Below, in pieces: positions 11,113 through 24,669 of a DNA stretch of 64,000 nucleotides. Origin of the DNA: Lytechinus pictus (lineage: Eukaryota); the NCBI RefSeq assembly GCF_037042905.1, contig NC_087245.1, forward strand, positions 30,938,001 through 31,002,000, written 5' to 3'. Both the position numbers and the translations under genes were made by a program. The notes beneath the pieces are model-generated. The model did no database searches and was not told the origin of the DNA. It saw only the letters and a program-made list of their open reading frames with translations. The stretch's first letter is position 1. Every line of letters starts with the position of its first letter.

Positions 11113-14100
11113 ATGGCGGGAGGTATAAATTTCAGAGTAATCATGTCGCCGTTATCGGCTGCGGGCATTTGCTATCGTCGGGAAGGTTTCGTAAGAAACA
11201 TCATGGACCACATCTGCAGACGACATCATGGGACAAACAATCGAAGAGACGCGGGGACAGATTCCAGTTCACTGCGTTCTTTTCCAAAGGTAAGGACGTT
11301 AATTCCAGCGGTCGGTCACAGATCATATGTTTGTATTAAGGATATATACAGATTGCATAATTCTTATTGTCTGAACGCTTTGTTGTTCGAATTCTAGTAT
11401 GTGCGAGTGGTGCGATATATTCAAAATTAACTAATAGGCCTATACCAGAGAGTTATAGGGATTATACCTCTTTGTATATACCTGTCCAAGGACATCCTCG
11501 TGTGAATATATTCTCCAATCTATTACTTAGGGAATATACATTCTATTATTGCTGGTTCCCTTCAGCATAACTTATATTTAATATTATAAGTATCATGTAA
11601 TGCTTCGCCATTCGCATGTGTGAATATATATGTTACCTGGATTCTGTCTAGCCTTGCTGAGGATCTGTTTAAACAGTGGCCATAAACTTATTGTTATCTG
11701 CTGGTACGAATATCAAGTGACCACTTGACCCGACGCACTTAAATCAAACGTCCGCTTTGTCGTCTTATGCTTATTGTGTTTATTGATTTATATTGGGTGG
11801 GCCTATATTTTCACAAGTATTTTTCTTTTCCAGTTCAAGACCAATAAATCTGAAAGGCGAATACAAGCCTATATCATATACATGATTGTATACGTGGTTT
11901 TGATAAATGACCAAGTAGAAGTTGAACCCCAATATTAAGCTTTAATACTCGGTTATTCTACAAGTCTTATCTCTATCTCAATGACCGCTAAGCTATGTTA
12001 TTAAATATTACAGGAGGACAAAGTAAAATCGCACCAAAAGAGTGTTACAAGTAACAAGCAAATATGTTGAAATAAAACCACAGGTATTGAACTAAGATAC
12101 GGATTTAACATCAAAGTTAAATGACTGGTGTAGTTGCTGTTGCTGTGTAGGCCTACAGCATGTAGGTTCATGACAAATCCGATGGATGCATCTATTGTGA
12201 TAGTATTGCTTGAATCCGAAGAAAATGGCTTTATCAAAATATCTTCCATTTCAATTTATTTCCACAATATAAATCTTATTCCGACAAAAAAGGACAGAAT
12301 GTGCAGTACAGTGTCCATAATAGCATACATTGCTATGGGAGAAATTTGATTATAGACATCAAAGAATCGTTTAAAGAGAGTGGTATGAGAATGGGAGAGG
12401 GGAATAGATAGAGAAAGAAGAAAGTGAGAGAGAGGGAGAGAACTGGTGCTCAATATTTCCATTTGTGAATAATAAGTCACCCGCACGGAAGAAAACACAT
12501 CACGATTATATTTCGAGTCGAGCGACCATCCATGTGTAATATTATACCCAGAGCACGTTGCTATGGAAACGCAACGTGAAAGAATTCTTGATATTGAAAA
12601 TTCGAAGTCAGGGGAAAGGCTGAAAAAGGGTCATAAAAATGACTTAATTGTATTCACTTGCCACATAATACTTTCAAATCGTATGTCCGAGATATACTAT
12701 GGCTCTTTCTTCATGATTCTATAAAGAGTACCTTTATTATTAATTCTTGTATACCTTTTTAAAATAGAAGAGCCATATATTTAAACATAGAGATGTTCAT
12801 AGCAGGCAAAGGCCTACATTATGCGGTCAAGCAAAAGCCTACATTATGTTGTCAAGCAAACTCTACCCATACACACGAACGGGCTCACAAGTCATATCCC
12901 GGCTCACTCATGGAAATAATCAATTTAGTGATTGTCGAAAATATGGACAGCAGTTGGCAGATGGAAGGGGTGCAAGACTCGTCACAGTATATAGTTCTTT
13001 ACAGGGCGAATGTTTATTATTATATTGTTATATAAATTGAAGTATTTTCGTAAATCTTACATCAGACACTAATACATGTTGATGAAAAGGTTTGATTTTG
13101 AATCTGTGACCTACATGATGCAATCAGCTCCACATAGACCTATCATATAAAATAAATTCCACAAAGTCCCATTTTTAAGTCAACATGAATATAAATATTT
13201 TTATATAAGATGTGGGTATAAAAACGATGTGTCTGATGACGTATTCACATAAAATCACTTACAATTTTTTTGGGGTGGCATTTTGGGGAATTTATGTCTC
13301 ACAACATAAATTACGGAGAAGCAGCTCGTATGTGACGTCCCAAAATAAAAATCTTAGAAATTTAATACTCCGCTATTGTTTAACGGAATTCAATCAAACT
13401 TGCACCAATATTTTACTCTGTTTCTGCTATCATCAAAACCACCTTATCGTTAGGATGATCTTCCAATTTAAAGCTAAAGATTCCTAAAATGATAATACTC
13501 CTTTATGATACATCGTTTGATTATGGTGGTATATGTATAGGTATAGCCAGTGCCCAATACGAGCAGCAGCTGCCGTGACTGAACTGTGACAAGAACTGGA
13601 AAACGGGGGCAAAGGAACTGTCACTCTCAATCAACCTTCTTGGCAGTCACCTGAAAGATTACCCTTGCCCCTACGTGGGCAATTGCTTCCCAGACCTTCA
13701 ACCTCCAGACGCGAGACAGAAAGGCACTGCATCGAATAACGTGACTTACGCCCTTCTGGATGTAACTGAATCTAGGGATGCTTCGTGTGTCATTTCAGGC
13801 GCTTCAAACATTTGCCATTAAAAGATGCTACACACATGTTCCGGATTCCATCTTCATAACACGTAGCATCTTAAATGTGTTTAAAGATCTTGTCATCACT
13901 GCGTTCGTAAGGGATACAGGCATGAACACATATGCAATTCGACCACAGACGAGTTTCATCTATTAATACATTTGGCTATCAGAGGTCCTTTGCGGCAGAA
14001 GATGGGTTTAAGGCCTCCGCATACCTTACGACTAGTCCACGATCCGACTTTTGGAGAAAAATAATCGTATTTTCTGAAAATTTGAAGGAATATAATTTCT

Positions 14101-17100
14101 TAATTTGAGTTTCAGATTAACTGTAAGAATACTAATATAATTCTTTTTGATGATTGCACAACTTTACTTTGGAATAAAGGCTAAATTGGTTTCGAATCGT
14201 AGCCAATTGTGCGACTCCTGTGACGTCATTACGACTAGTTGTCAAATTCTCTTTTATTTTAATAAGGATGGTGGCATAATCATAAATTTGAACATAAGTA
14301 TTCTTATGAGGATTTAGAACTTAACAGAGTAAGAGTTTCTATGCGTCAATATTGGCATCAAACTTTACTACGTTCTATTCCAAAATCAAATCGCAGACTA
14401 ATTGTAAGGTGTGTGATGGCCTTTAAATACAACTCTAAAAAAATCAAACGCAATTTGATGTTCAACCAATCAAACGCGTGCATTCGGGACTTGCGCTTGA
14501 TATTGTTTTTTTTTAGTTGCGTTTAAACACAACTCTTTCTGTAGCAGGCCGCAGAAGATAATTGAGCGTTTTAGCAATCACTTCGCTGACGCTTTCTATA
14601 ACACTGATAATCTTTTGTCAAAAGCAATTCTTTACAAAACAGCCATTGTCGAAATTCGTTGAATCAAAACAGCAGTGTCGTCCTGGACTCTTTACAAATG
14701 ACATATTTGCAACTTATTTTTCGTCTGGTCCGAATCATAAGACGATGTGCTGTCCCGGTCCACCGACTTTCGACAATGACCTCTTATATGTCTATGGTGA
14801 TTTGACGAGCAATATCAATAGTTTCTGAACGTTACAGAAAGCGTCTGCGAAGTGGGTGCTAAAATACGCCATTGCCCAAGTATATCACTCTGCACCTGTG
14901 TAGAGTTGCAATCAAACGTCAATCCGACAATCAAATAAAATTTTAATTTCAACCAATCACGAGCGAACACTTGGAACCTTTATTCCATTTGAATTACGAC
15001 AAAACTCTTCAACCATTATCAACAGTACTTGAGGGCCCTTGGGGCAGGGAGTGATATTTAGAGGCGATTACATAATATATGTTGTTATTTTTATTTCTAT
15101 ATATTTTATTATTCTGATTATCTGTTTTTAATAGTTTTCCACTGACCACTTGACATAAATTAATTTTCTTGATTCCATTTTCAGGTTCAGTTACATATTC
15201 ATCTGGACGGAGCAGTCAGACACGACACACTATGGAGGGCTGCAAGGTGAGAAACCCTTTTTTTAACTCTTAAAGATTAAGAGATGAGTTTTGTTCAATG
15301 GATTTTAATCATATATTCATCATCTTCATCCCTATACAAGGAAGTCATTCGCTATTCTGTTCATTGTTCCTACTCTTCTTTATTTCTCTTGCTTTTACTT
15401 TTTTTTACTTTTGCTTTTCACTGTATTGTTGAGTGATATAACGTTAGTGAAATGGTGCTTCAACCGGTTCCATGACATTTGCTCCTGTCTTGTCACCGTT
15501 CCAACCAATTATTTTCAGTTGCAGCATCTTTGTATGTGCGTTATGTGCTTATTTTATGTAATCTACTACACTGTATTCATATTATGATACTGTGGACATG
15601 CATGTATTGATTAATGAATTAAAAAAACAGACTGTGACTCTCATTCCTATTGAGAAAAATAAGAATCACACAGCCTATTTTATGGGTTTTTATGATGTCC
15701 GTGGAGTTGGATTTTATATTGACGTCTCAGACGAAATCTTCGACTTCATAATTCACTGCAAACAAAATAGATATCATGCTTTTGAGTAAGACGGATTAAA
15801 ATTCGTCGTCTATGATATTTGGATATTACATGTGGTGAATATGATAAATTGTAATAACATAGAATGTAACAAATCATTTTATTTATTCACGCTCACACTA
15901 TTATAAAGGTACAACATCCACGCACACCCACCCACACACAGTCTCACTCACCCGAGCACACTCACACATTCTCATGAAAAACATAGAAAATATTGGAAGA
16001 AGAAATCGATCAAGTCAGCGCTATTACGCTATTGCCGTTTTTCACGTAGACATATTATAAAGCTTTCCTGGAAGCAGATATGTTGGAGTACAAGAAATAA
16101 ACACTTTTTTTGCATTAAACCGCGATAAATCATCGTTTCACGGTATGATGCAATCATGCAAATGCTTTAAATTGTTATGCCCATTACTGTGACATCATCT
16201 TAGAATGCTACATATAGATGCATATCTAAAATACATTTTATTGATCTCCTTTTCTCTCTTTTTTTTCTAGAAAGAAAGGGCTCTGTGGTCCGGCGAATAC
16301 ATTCCATGAGTTTGTAGATTTGGTTCGATGTTCCAAAGGTGACCTAGTCAGCTTCCTCTCATCATTTGATACAATCCTTCCAATCATTGCGTAAGTTCAT
16401 TAAAAAAAGCCTTCAAAAAACAACTCAACAGTCATAATAACAGTCATAACGTCTTTCCGACGGAGAGGACCACAACATCAATTTTACTCCGATTTTGAAT
16501 TTACAGTGTCAGTTCAAAACCCATTTGTGTTCTTACAACGCCATTTGGTTTTTATTTTTACACTCTTTGGTGTTATGTTCAATCCCTATACCTGAGGTGT
16601 GGTCCTCTCGGGACTAACACCACAGTTTTACTGTGTATACCAATTATCTTAGATGACAATTACAATTAGATTTCTTTTTTAATTTGCCATATCATATAAG
16701 TGCCCTGAAATAAATTGTTTAAATCACATATTGGTTTGTAGAAGTTTGTGTTTTTTCCATAAAAAACCCCACAGAACATGATTATACAAAACTGAGTATT
16801 AAATACATGTAGATATTGATATTAAATCGGACGATAGCCCAATCCATCAATGATTAAATTACCCTTTCTTATTTGGGTCCTGACACTTTAAATATAATTA
16901 GAAGTGGCATATACGCAGCCATGATTTAACAAATATCTACTTACTCTTTAGGAAAATATGTGATTTTGATGAAAAGGAAGACAAATGTGTTTTTATTCAG
17001 TTGAATTTCAGGACTGCCGTCTTTTAAAATTTAAAGCCTTTAAACTAAATCACGTTTACAAGTTTTTATTTCCTGATTCGGGTAGATGTATTCTTGCACT

Positions 17101-19038
17101 TGTGAAGTCAAAAGAACAATTTAACAGCGATTATTTATTTTATCTTGTAGAATGTGAAATGATAGAGAACCATTGTATTTATTTCAAGCTTCATTCCATC
17201 AAATCATTATTACCAACCCAATCGATAGTCACAGCTTTTTTTTATTCAGAACCCGTCTCGAATTCAATGATGCGTCAAAATACAGATATGAAACGATACC
17301 AGTTCATTAGATGTATTCTCACGAGCATAAAAAATAGATATGAGAATAACTTTTGTACACGAGATCCTTTCCAATTTTAAATTCCGAAAGCCCTTTCCTC
17401 CTTCTCTCTCACCCTCTGTCTCTCGCACACCCACACCTACCCACCTCACCTAAACAATCAAGCACTTTTTAAATTTAGTGTACGGTGTATGTACTGTGTA
17501 TTTACTTTCATTTAGGCATGTTGAAGTCACATTTTTCAGTCATACATTTATAACAATTAAATTGGTATAACGAATAGTCTTGTAACGAAAAAAATGTCTA
17601 TTTTGATAGTTGTCATACTTGTATTTTTGTCTACCATTTCCCTTCATTCAGCGGGGACCGAGAACTTATCAGCCAAATAGCTTATGAACTCTGTGAGGAC
17701 CAAGCCAAAGAGGGCGTGGTGTATTTCGAGGCACGGTACTGCCCCCATTACATGTCTTCCTCGTTTTCAACACCAAGTAGCAGAAAGAATTCGGTCGTCA
17801 AGGATGACTTCCTGACACCACGTGACGTAGTTATGGCAGTGAATGATGGGATACGAAGAGGATGTAGGGAATTCAATGTCAAAGGTCGCACTTTACTCTG
17901 CCTGATAAGACCATGTCCAGGTACAATTGATTTTTCAGTATATTGATTTTATAATTTCAAATAATTATTTCAGATATGAATTACGATTTTAAAAGAAATT
18001 AAAATGTTTTAGAATCATATTTATCATAAATCATTAATTTTTTGATTGAATATGTTTTAGCAATTTCTATGTGCTTTGCATTATTATTTTATTCATTCAT
18101 GGCTAAGGACGAAATACATATATGAACCCACAACCTTAAAATTCAATAACTTCGTTATTTGTCATCAGATTTTGATTATATCCCCGGCGTTTGCTCTGTG
18201 AATCTTCAGTTCGTATTTTTCACCTTTGTACCCGGATATTTCACTAGGCGTTCAATTTGATTGATTGATTGATTGATTGCTTTTATCTGCATTCAATGCA
18301 TCGGATATGAATTTACAAGGTAATATGTACAAATGTAATATATAACAAATTGATAATATAGTTGTAGTATAAGCATTTGATTAATAATATATCAACAAAA
18401 TGTATTACTCATTAAACTAAGATGACAGTTTTAAAAAATGCAGGAGACCGCCATCGTGAGCGATAAGGCATGATAATGATGGCGGCCTTGTAAAAAGGTA
18501 GGCCTCCATGTATTTCTTGATTTTGATAAGCTGAGCTTCAAAACTAAATGAAAAAAATATAGTCACATTACAATCAACATGATCAATCCCCTATGAAAGT
18601 TGGCGTTGTTTACTTTCAATTTGTGTCACATTATGCAGAGTTTTCCCATGAAGTGGTTGAACTGAGTCACGAATTCCTCAACGACACGGTCGTCGGAATC
18701 GATATGGCCGGAGACGAGGACGCTCCTTGTACTACAGAACATATAGATGCCTTCAAGGTGAGAACTTACTAGCCACCCCCCCCCCTTCCTCCCCTCCCTT
18801 TTCACAAAAAATGTTCCCTGCAGTAAACAGCATATAGTTACCTTCAAGGTACCTGCCACCCCCTTCCCCACGAATACTCTAACCTGTACGAAAGGACATA
18901 ATTATACATGTAGATGCCTTCAAGGTTATATAACTCACCCCCCCCCCCCCGTTTCATGAAGACCCTCCCTTTACTAAACAACATGAATGTCTCCAAGGTT
19001 CGAACTTCCCCCCCCCTTCCATCCGCGTGCATGATTCT

Positions 19039-19075
<37 letters not shown>

Positions 19076-22000
19076 CTAGCTTTACCTATCTTACTTTAAT
19101 ATCTTCTTATCTCTATCCTCTCGTCTCGATCTTTCTTTTTCTCACTCTCTCTCTCTCTCTCTCCATCTCTCGATCCTTTTCTCCCTCTCCCTTTCGAACT
19201 TCTTTTTTTTAATCTCTCTCTCCCTTGCCATCGCACCTACTCTTCATTTTAAAAGCTTCCTAACTTCTTAGTAGACGACATTTGTAATTATGGTAGAAAT
19301 ATTTTTAATGAATATCTTTACTTACACTAAGACTGTGGCGTTGACTGTGGAGCAAGAAGAGGACCACACACAACAGTCATTTTACTGTTGTGTTAAATTA
19401 GCGGTGTGATCAACACCTGAGAGTGTTACTTATTACTAAACCTTTGGTAGTTACTTTTACGTAGTTTGGTGTTATGTTCAATCCCTTGGGTGTAATTGTA
19501 ACACTTCAGGGTATGGTCCTCTCAAGGGACACCAATTGGTGCCACTTTTAAACACCCTTAGATGCACCTTACTATTAGATAATTATCTTATTCATTATTC
19601 CTATAGCTAGCTGCTGATTTAGGATTACATCGGACAGTTCATGCCGGTGAACTTGGGCCAGCAGAAAATGTGAGATTTGCAGTAGAGGAGCTGGGAGCGG
19701 AACGGATTGGGCATGGCTATCAAATCCATCAGGATCTCGATGTATACAAAGTATGTATGACTGCTATCGATTCCCTCCCATTCTGTAAACCGTTTCTTTT
19801 GACACCTTGACACTTCATTCCTTATCCATCAGTCACATTTCCCAAACAGCGGCCGTACTGCGAGCGAAAACCGCCGTTTTAACAGTTGTTGTACCAGCTA
19901 CATAAACATGATAAAGGTGGTTTGAATAAAACTGAATTAAACGGCTGTTTTCGACTCGCCGGACGGCCGCCGTAGGGGAAATGTGACTGAGGTATTACTG
20001 TTTAATTGATTGAATATGTTCCTTCATTTGTCAAACGTTACATTTGTTGAGCGCTTAGAAGGACAGGTAGCAAGCGCAATATAAATAAAATTAAAGTAAT
20101 GCAGCTCTGTTTCTTTAAGACCACCATTTCAGGTTAAATTCCAGATTCAAAGCACCTCCATTTATAGGGGGTCATTTTATAGCAACTTCACTTTTTTAGG
20201 GATAGTTTAAGATTTGGGGGCCGCACACCCCCACCCTTTATAAACTGAGTGCCCCCTCCCCCGGGGGGGTTATCCTCATTATTTATCTTCCCTTTGTTTC
20301 TATTCATATTTCAGATGATACGGGACCGCTTAATACACCTTGAATTATGCCCAACCTCGAGTATATACACCGGTGCCTGGATAGGAAGGCTATCGGATCA
20401 TATTGCTAAAAGGTAAGACTAGATCCAATGACAATCTGGGTTAGTTTTTACTGCTATTCTTTCTACTTAGCCCTCTTAAGACAGCAAACAATAGTCATCG
20501 GTATATATATTTTTTTAGTGTTGCAAAAGAAAATTCCCATGTCATCACATGAATCAGATGTAACCGTAAATGGTGGCTCAGTGGTAGAGCACCCTCCTTA
20601 TGAATGGGGGTCGTTGGACGTGGGTTCACCAAATTTAAAAAAATATTTGTCAGGCGTTTGACGCAATAAAATGGAGAAGGATAATAATAGCACAATGATA
20701 AGCAAGGCCCGCTAGGAGAATATTTCTTAGAAGCTGGATTGGCTACACTGGGTAGATAAAAATTATTATTATTATATCATTATNNNNNNNNNNNNNNNNN
20801 NNNNNNNNNNNNNNNNNNNNNNNNNNNNNNNNNNNNNNNNNNNNNNNNNNNNNNNNNNNNNNNNNNNNNNNNNNNNNNNNNNNNNNNNNNNNNNNNNNNN
20901 NNNNNNNNNNNNNNNNNNNNNNNNNNNNNNNNNNNNNNNNNNNNNNNNNNNNNNNNNNNNNNNNNNNNNNNNNNNNNNNNNNNNNNNNNNNNNNNNNCAG
21001 ATTTGAAAAAGATGGATTCAATATAGGTATCAACACAGATGATCCTACCTTACTTTCAAATACGATGGAGTCCGAGTTTGAACTAGCCAAAACATATTTC
21101 GATTTCACAGATGGCCAACTGAAAAACATGGTAGGCGAATTTTGATATTCAAATATAACTTTTACCTTACAGGGCCCAATGGGAAATTGCGATGACATAA
21201 AATTAACGCATATCGAATGTATCATGAACATTGATGAACATAAAACTTATTTCATCGAATGATAGGACTTACATTGTACCTACCAAACCATTTGGTGTCT
21301 GCTGTGGGGGAAATAAATCACGTTATCTATTGTAGATTTTTTCCCATCTAACACAAGGTAGGGTTTCTGCTTTTGACTGATCTTTCATGTTTAGAGCTTT
21401 GATCTACAGAGTCACAACGAATGTTATATTACTATCAGGAGTATATAAGCATAATGAAAGTGCATTACACTGTATAATATCGTAAGTAAAGTGGCATTAC
21501 ACTGTTTACAATTTTGGGTGAAATAATTGCACTGTGGACTGTCCTACCAATAATTGCGATTGCAGCAGGTTTTAAAGGGATGCTCCAGGCTGAGAATAAT
21601 TATATTTAAATAGAGTAAAATTCACAAAGAAAAATGCTGAAAATTTCATCAAAATCAGATAACAAATAATGCTGTTATTTAATTTCAAAGATTTGCATTA
21701 TTCCGGTGAATCAGTTCTAGGCATGTCTTCGTGAATATTAATTAGGTGTGCTGATGATGTTACGTCCCCACGTTCCCTTTTCTTTTGATATTACATGTAA
21801 TCATAATTGTTTCACTTTTCATACATGTGTTAATAATGTGTCTCCATTATGATGAAATAAGTTGCAGCAATAAATAACTGATGCACTTAATCAGTTGTTA
21901 ATCCAATTCTTTTAGTTCTTGGTAGAATTTTTTTTTTAATAAACCTATTTTCATATAGATATGACATCATCAGACCACCTAATGAACATCATGAAGACAT

Positions 22001-22568
22001 GCCTAGAACTGTTTCACCGGAATAATGCAAATCTTTAAAATTCATTAACTTTGTTATTTGTCATCTGATTTTTTATCAAATTTCCAGCATTTTGCTTTGT
22101 GAATCTTACTCTATTTATTGAAATATGGATATATTTAGCCTGGGGCACCCCTTTAAATAGCCACCCGATATGATTCAAACGTCGATGTGATTATTAGAAA
22201 ATGTTGCTTGGCCAGGTTGTTCCCCAGGGAGTGGAGATGGTGCGCGTTATACGGGGAACATCGATGGATCCAATGGACTCGGGTAATGATAATTACAAGC
22301 AAAGTGCTAGTAAACGAAAGTAGTAAGCGCTTTATTATTACAAATATTTGAATGTATCTATTTATTAGGAAAGTGGGTCGCAAGATAGAATTCATGCAAA
22401 TAAAGTTTGTGCATGACAATAAATTAATTCATTTCAATAAATAATCCTTCCTTCACATTTCCTTCTTGTTCATTTCAGACAATGGATGCAGCTCGAGCAT
22501 CCTTTTTACCAGAGAGCGAAAAGACACATCTCATTCAAGAACTCCAGACCAAGTTTGATGCATTATGA
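11113..22568 (+). CDS. ADA: Adenosine deaminase, 9 coding exons: 11113(start uncertain)-11289, 15185-15246, 16271-16390, 17652-17920, 18639-18757, 19607-19750, 20315-20412, 21001-21130, 22479-22568
   Basis: All introns are GT-AG with consistent phases. The product contains FPK|VQLHIHLDGAVR, EGVVYFEARYCPH, VVGIDMAGDE, HRTVHAGE, AERIGHGY, HLELCPTSS, INTDDP and AARASFLPESEK, i.e. all zinc ligands and catalytic residues of ADA1-type enzymes. Confidence 0.96.
14012..14421. mobile_element. MITE with GGCC ends (PIF/Harbinger-like) in ADA intron 1
   Basis: Imperfect TIR GGCCTCCGCATACCTTACGA / TTGTAAGGTGTGTGATGGCC in a TA-rich context. Confidence 0.5.
18737..19020 (+). repeat. Four degenerate tandem copies of the ADA exon 5 end, splice donor and C-tract
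   Basis: CATATAGATGCCTTCAAG|GT (donor 18758), CATATAGTTACCTTCAAG|GT (18849), CATGTAGATGCCTTCAAG|GT (18925) and CATGAATGTCTCCAAG|GT (18998), each followed by a C-run. Confidence 0.8.
20572..20783 (+). mobile_element. Degenerate tRNA-derived SINE abutting the gap
   Basis: GTGGCTCAGTGGTAGAGC head. The 3' part GGCCCGCTAGGAGAA...GGCTACACTGGGTA resembles the 3' end of the SINE at 836. (ATT)n tail. Confidence 0.55.
20784..20997. other. Assembly gap (214 N) in ADA intron 7
   Basis: The run of N ends immediately before the cag acceptor of exon 8. The reading frame across exons 7-8 is continuous, so no coding exon appears to be hidden. Confidence 0.99.
21576..22152. mobile_element. TTAA-flanked MITE (Kolobok-like) in ADA intron 8
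   Basis: ttaa|AGGGATGCTCCAGGCT ... AGCCTGGGGCACCCCT|ttaa, with long imperfect internal inverted repeats. Confidence 0.75.
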
Positions 22569-22893
22569 TGTTGCGATTTAGGCATAGTTTATTTGTTTGA
22601 AATGCAAGTAATAAGTATAGTCTTCAAACACAGAAATTTAGTAATAACGAGAACAGCAAGAAAATTAATATTTCAGCAAAAATTGGTATATAAATAGTAC
22701 ATGATTTTTTATCGAATAAGAGCGAGTTTAATACTGCAAATACTCTCCCAAAATTCCTAATATAACTATTTTTATAATTTTGACGAGTTCTTATTACTGA
22801 GTTCAGTTTGACAGATACGAGAAATTGAAGGATAGTTTTGCGTGTAAGATCAGCTGCTCAGCTTATGTAGGTTCGGGATAATCATTTAAAGCA

Positions 22894-23350
22894 GGGTTCC
22901 GTTATGGTAACAAATGCAGAATTTCTATGACAAGTTTAAAATCAACCAATCAAATTGAAGGATTTCAGTAGCTTTTAACTGTATTTGCAAATTTGTTATT
23001 GTAACAGGTTTTATGAAACGGGGCCTTGGGGAGCGTTTCATGAAAGGACTTGTCGGACGTTTTATCCGACAAGTCCCATTTCATCCGACAGTTACCATAG
23101 TAACAGTACCTCTCAGCCAATCAACATCAGAGAAAGATGTCAGATCTGACAACTTGTCGGATGAAAATGTTGATGAAACACTCCCCAGGTGTGTGTTTCA
23201 TAAAGCTAGTCGTAAAGTTACGCACGACTGGAACATGTTCTTATAGTGGCCAAGTCAGTTTAACGGCGATATATCATTTAGCACAAGAAAGGATCATTAG
23301 TCGTGCAGAAAGTCATTCGTAACTTACAAACCGCTTAATGGAACATCCAC
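22894..23350. mobile_element. Three back-to-back short MITEs with TTTCATRAA-type subterminal motifs; relatives at about 5605-5810 and 62294-62880
   Basis: GGGGAGCGTTTCATGAA...TTGATGAAACACTCCCC. The next unit shares CGTAAAGTTACGCACGACT and GCACAAGAAAGGATCA with 62317-62425. Confidence 0.6.
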
Positions 23351-24669
23351 TAAGATAGATTATATATCTCTGTCGAAAATGTGTATTATATCAATTTTGA
23401 ACGACTTGGACACGGTGCGATGAAATTTTCGAAGTGGGCAGGCTTGCCAATTGCAATAAAAAAATAGTATTACATCCTTTATCTCATTATCCTTTAAAAA
23501 ATTAATTATTGTTTTCGGAGTATAAACGATAAAGCCATTAATAAGTGTCAGTGAAATATTCCGAAAGAAAATAAAAACGAGCCTTTAAAAAGGGAGGGAG
23601 AGCGGCAAGCTTATAATTCAATCATTTTCTTATGAATGCTTTAACTAAGTAAACCACAATCATACTCGATATCTTATATGGAAATAAATCGTTTAGATTG
23701 ATATCAGAGAAGGTACCTCATGTGACCTTACAAGGAAGCCTTTAATTATTAACAAAATATATATGAAGTGTCATAGTAATCTATTTAAATCCAAACTTTG
23801 AATTCATTACATTTGAATTTAAAGCCTGCTTAAAGTAAGAATCCATAGTGAGATTTACATTCTAACATTCCAACCTAAAAAAAAGTTAATATAATGTCAT
23901 GTTATTTTTCTCTTTGTATTTTTTTGGGATGGTTTTATCATATTTAGCGCCCATTCGATTTAATTCATATTAAAAGACGTTTCAACATTTGATTACATCT
24001 CAAAAAAGCATAACCTGAAATATCTCGTCAAAGTCCATGCTTAAGAAGTAATTGGGGTTTTTTTACGCTTTGATTTTAAATGTTACAATTTGATGATAAA
24101 AGATCCCGTCTTTTACATGGCATGCTATATAGCTGAGCATTAGACTTGACCACTTTAGCTTTACCCGAATTTAATCTAGGCTTTAATCTTAAAAGTATGG
24201 GAGCTTGTACAAATTCATAAAACATATTCAAACAATCAATCAAATTCTTCTGGAAAAAAAAAATCCTTATCTACTTTTTAATTTACAGTTTATCAAAATT
24301 GAATTATCCGCACTGTCGCATAAAGAAAATTATTAGTTCAAAGTTCTCTGCTGATGCAAACACTCTCTCTCTATGATGAGAAAAATGTACGGGTATTGAT
24401 GTACATATTTATTATCGAATAATCTAATTTGGGATCAGTGACAAACTGAGATAAGATTTTTTCTTATCTCAGTGACAAACTGAGATAAGATTAATACTGG
24501 CAATCGATTGTAATTGTCTGTACATGGTTTGCAATAGGATTACAATTAATATGATTGATTGTACAAACAAGTGTGTCTTTTTGGCACAGTGCCCAGGAGG
24601 ACAGTTTCTCATAAAGCTGTGCGTGAAATTACGTATAGCTTCCCGAATATGCAGTTCATTTTTCTTTAA

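Noticed and set aside
13550-14900. GC-richer patches in ADA intron 1 as a nested gene or pseudogene
   Set aside because: The frames I translated have stops and no recognisable domain; a tBLASTx search would be needed to revisit this.
20743-21231. 162-aa minus-strand ORF
   Set aside because: Artifact spanning the N gap, antisense to ADA exon 8.
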